Below, piece after piece: positions 59,945 to 64,000 of a stretch of DNA of 64,000 nt. Within the stretch, counting starts at the first letter, position 1. Every line of letters starts with the position of its first letter. The stretch comes from Amphiscolops sp. MND2022 (lineage: Eukaryota): the NCBI GenBank assembly GCA_964187785.1, contig OZ076410.1, positions 71,920,001-71,984,000 of the forward strand, in the 5' to 3' direction. Under the pieces are notes generated by a model. It did no database searches, was not told where the DNA came from, and saw nothing but the letters and a program-made list of their open reading frames with translations. Position numbers and translations under genes: made by a program.

Positions 59945-62730
59945 TTGTTAGTTACACCGTTATTGGGATTAGACTGGATGAAACAGCTCGCAATAGCACT
60001 CAACACAACAATTGATGATATCAAATTACACAACATCAGAATGAATGTTACCGAAAAGAAAACTCTCAAATTGAAGAACGAAATCAAAGATCTATCCTAC
60101 CCTATCACGAAAACAAAAAATATGTTGGTGAAAATCAACCTGTAAGAATATGGAAAAAAAACACAACAAAAAAGACCCATACCAATCCAATTACAAGATC
60201 AAGTTGCGGAAGAAATAAAGAGATTAATAAAAAACGGTTATTTGGAAAGAGCCACAGAAACAACCAAACATTGTTTTGTGAGCCCAGCCGTGATCACGCT
60301 GGATAAGGACAAGTCAGTGAAGATTGCACTAGATTCAAGAAAAATAAATGAAGCAACAATCAAGAGAAAAGCACAGATGCCAAACATGGAAGAATTAATA
60401 TCAAGAATATCACGCAAAATATTCGAAGAAAAAGAAGGTGAGATTAGGACAACAAAGCTAGACTTCGATTACGCATGTGGTCAAATTAAATTGGACAAGA
60501 CACGAAGAACTTATGCTTATTCACTGTTTGGGGCGGAGAATCCACTTGATACTACCGTTTCTTGAAAGGCTTTTACGGACTGGCGGATATAGGAACAATT
60601 TAATTTTTCAAGAACGGATGGACAAAGCATAAGAACTCAGACACTCCGCTTGGCTAGACGACATCATAATCGTGACCATAGGAACGGTAGAAAAACTTGA
60701 ATCGAAAGTAAAAGAAACAATGAAAAAAGTAAAGAATCTGGATACAGACTACACCCGAAGAAATGCGATTTTTTCAAAAACGAAGCAGAATGGGTCGGCC
60801 ACCGAATAGATCAAAACGGAATCAGACCCGTACGACACAAATTGGAAGCAATATCAAAAATAAATATACCAAAAAAGGGGGAAAGAGCTAAAATCTTTCC
60901 TAGGTGCGATACAGTACTTATCAAAGTAAATCGAAAACCTATCAGCGCAGACAGATATACTCAGAAAACTACTCAAAAAACAAAACGATTTGGTCTGGAC
61001 TGAAGAACACACCAAGTGTGGGGACTGGAACATTTTCGTTTTATTATTTATGGAAAGCCGATAAAAATACTAACTGATCACCAAGCACTTGAACTATTAA
61101 TCAGAAAGAATAGATGAAATAAAAGGTACAGTGCGAAATTAACAAGCTGGCTGGACCGACTAGCTCACTTTAATGTAAATATCAAGCACTTTGCAGGAAA
61201 ACATCTAAATTTAACAGATTACTTGAGTAGAAATCGAATTTCAAAACTAGAGTTAATCGAAAACTACGATGAAGAACACGTATTCAATTTCGTAATATCT
61301 TCACTGGAGTTCATTAACACACACTGCAGCATCACCAATGAAAAGAGAATGGGGATGCAAACGGATAAAGCAGAAGCACAGGCCACAAACAACCAATCAC
61401 AAACTAGAAGCGTGAACGAACACAGCAAAAACAAACAAAACAAACATTGGCCATTGCAACTTACACAAAGTACGCCAAACAACCGCATAGAACAATCAAC
61501 TCGTAGAAAACAAAATGGACAATAAAATCATCGACAGTTTTGAAAAAGACGATCCATCGGAAGACACCCTACGATTAACTACAAGACGGAAGGAAATAGT
61601 AAAACCAGGAGACTATCGATTTACCCAAGGACAGTGGAAAAAATATGCCCACTCCAGAGCATTACGATCAGAACACAAGCGGGTCGAATTTGAATTATGG
61701 CAGAAGTGGAACAAATTCTTGTGGAAAAGAATGGGCGAAATAGCGAAGAAACTGATGAAGAATTAGAGCGAAAACGCGAATTCCATAGAGTAATTGAGAT
61801 GACAAGAGCTAAACCAAAGAGAGATGAATCGGGAACAAGCAACAGCGAACAACAGCAGCCACAGCAAGAACTTGAGATGAGGGAAGAGATACAAACAAGG
61901 TCGTCCGATTCTGATCAGACAATCGCAGTACCTGGCGATCAATTTCAAGAGATACCTGGGGGGCGACCAGTGTAATTTATATCCTATAGGGGACAGCCAG
62001 TAAAGTACAAAATAGCGACGAATGAGACCTGGAGGAGACAATAAGACAAATGGAACAAAAGTGAGCAACAAACTTGAGAACAATTGCAGATGAGACCACA
62101 AATGATGACAAGTTATTGAACACACTGGTATGCTTAGAGAGAAGAAGTTAGGAAGAAATACCAGAAGAACACAAGGAGTACCACAAAAATCAATCAACCG
62201 ATTTGGTCTCGTATTATACGACGACAGGATAGTAATCTCAAAACCTTTCAGAAGAACAGCGATATTGTTGCCACACAAAGGTCACCCGGCTATCAACGAA
62301 ATAACGAACGCAGGTCGACTCTTCTGGTGGCCCAGGCTAAGCAAGGACATCCAAACAAAAGCAATGAGTGCATTTGCTGCAAAATGTCAGGTAAGAGCAT
62401 AAAACCACGAATTCCGATGACAGAGATAAACTACTTACCTCCGGTAGAAAAACCAACCCAAGAAATCTGATTGGATTTCATTGGAGCAATAAGATTTAAA
62501 CACCGGAGGTTTTATACACTAACACGAATCGACCGATATAGCAGATGACCGGCGGCTTGTATATGTGAAGCCACTACAAGCAGCCCTGCAAAAAAATGTT
62601 TGCAACAATACATCTTACTAAACGGCATCCCCCATGTAATCAGAATGAATAAAGGTACTACCTTTACCGGAAAAGAGTTCAGACAAATGTGTAATTACCT
62701 ACACATTAACTTAATATATGGCACGCCACA
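59945..62730 (+). pseudogene. pol: Degenerate internal pol fragment of an unrelated Gypsy family (RT-RH-INT), no LTRs seen
   Basis: LLGLDW, PIPIQLQDQV..EIKRL, VKIALDSRKIN, LDFDYAC, HKGHPAI...FWWP and NGIP..I..NKGT.FT. Confidence 0.85.
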
Positions 62731-64000
62731 AAATTTGGTAACGGAAATTGTTTTGCGTGAAATGTTGGTAAAACTTTTTCTGCGCGAGCGACTATTTACA
62801 TTGGCGGTAGTTGTAGGAATGAGACTGTGTGGTTTTCGCAACCACTACCTAGTTGCTTCCTCAACGCGTTTTTGTTAACTCTTGTTACTGCAGAAATTTT
62901 TTCCCACTTTTTGCTTCTGCCATTTCAGGAACAGCATACTCCAACAAGTCAGCTCCAACTCTTCGTGCAGCTGGGACAAAGTCTTTTTAACAAATGGAAC
63001 TGCGGTTCTCCCAATAACCTGAGCAAGTGCTCCAAATCATCTTCCGCGTTGTCTTGTTACTCATCTATAATACGGTAGTTCAAGTTCTCTTCAGGGTACC
63101 ATTTTGTATAGTGTTTACTTCTGGTAATGAATGTCTGAAATTTTATAGAAGATTATCACAAGACGTCTAATTCCAACAAAGACAAATGGAATTTTTTCAC
63201 ACGAAATAACCTTCAAGTCAAGATGTACACTTTCGGAAGAATTTTCCAATAGACGGCGGAATTAAAGGTTACAAAAAGTACTATACTAAGCTGTCCAGTT
63301 GTAAATTCGTCTCCTGATTTCAGCTTGATTATGAAATGGAAGCAACGTAACAGTGGTGCTTTTGTGTGTCCAACAAAACTGTACTCCACAAAATCTTTAG
63401 TGAATGAAAACGAACAAAATTGTACGCAAATTTCGGCTCATGAGGGCCCTTGCCTCGCATCAAAATCCATTGGTATTTTCCAACGTCTCCGCAAAAACAT
63501 TTCCGAAATCTGACTGAAATTTTTGGCTACAGTCGTCAGTAATTAGGGATTGTTCAATTTTTGGTGTGCGACGAGATACATCAACAGTAATGCAATTTCC
63601 ATCGTGACTGTTTCTCTCTTTTATAAGCGAACTCATAGCTTCCACAATGTCTGGTACGGAAGAATACAACCCAGGTTCCAAGTAACTGTCGTTTCGGAGT
63701 AAACTGGGTCATGAAATAGAAATGTCCCTACTTCCACATTCTGGTATGTCGAATGGTAGGAAACTTGGGATATTGCAAACAACCATTGTCCACCCAACTT
63801 CACTTGATTATGCGAAACAATTTTATTGAACAGATTGTATTGTCAGGAAACAGTCCAGATGATGCATTAGAGACATTTTCTAATATAAAAGTGTCCATAG
63901 CTAAATGACTCTAAACACTTACTTTTCGTTATATTTGTGTTCTCACCTCGTTCATGTCGTATGTAATATGTTGGTGATTTCCGTGTAGCAAGAGCAAGAA
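62730..64000 (-). mobile_element. Second Maverick segment (penton, small basic ORF, integrase tail), paralogous to 55121-56395
   Basis: Colinear at an offset of ~7.6 kb, roughly 85-90% identity by eye; runs off the window end. Confidence 0.88.

Overview
AT-rich, repeat-saturated eukaryotic (invertebrate-like) DNA with one 200-N assembly gap. No rRNA, tRNA or CRISPR is visible. The repeat proteins resemble ones I recall from acoel flatworm genomes, but that is unverified. The centre holds two large minus-strand Ty3/Gypsy LTR retrotransposons inserted about 250 bp apart into one Merlin (IS1595-like) transposase gene. Element 1 (13804-30162; TSD ACTTC; 2206-bp LTRs about 99.5% identical) is young. 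Element 2 (30418-45617; TSD CAGTA; diverged LTRs) is old and decayed. The most striking observation is that both carry, between pol and the 3' LTR, a homologous ANTISENSE intron-containing gene. In element 1 it has five exons, four phase-1 GT-AG introns and about 1,123 codons, encoding an acidic N-terminus, a C2H2/BED-like zinc finger and a body weakly resembling a catalytically dead hAT transposase. It lies head-to-head with small sense-strand accessory ORFs. Both families also start gag inside the LTR, read through the PBS, and share an A-AAA-AAC-stop -1 frameshift signal. Elsewhere: an intact CR1-type LINE (PHD ORF1, in-frame TGA, APE-RT ORF2, (TAA)n tail), two decayed Maverick/Polinton (adintovirus-like) segments, other LINE and Gypsy fragments, a 3x 1.17-kb tandem array, an exact 1000-bp tandem duplication, HINE/MITE-like repeats and one host-like exon with a NERD-like motif. 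All identities and alignments are by eye.
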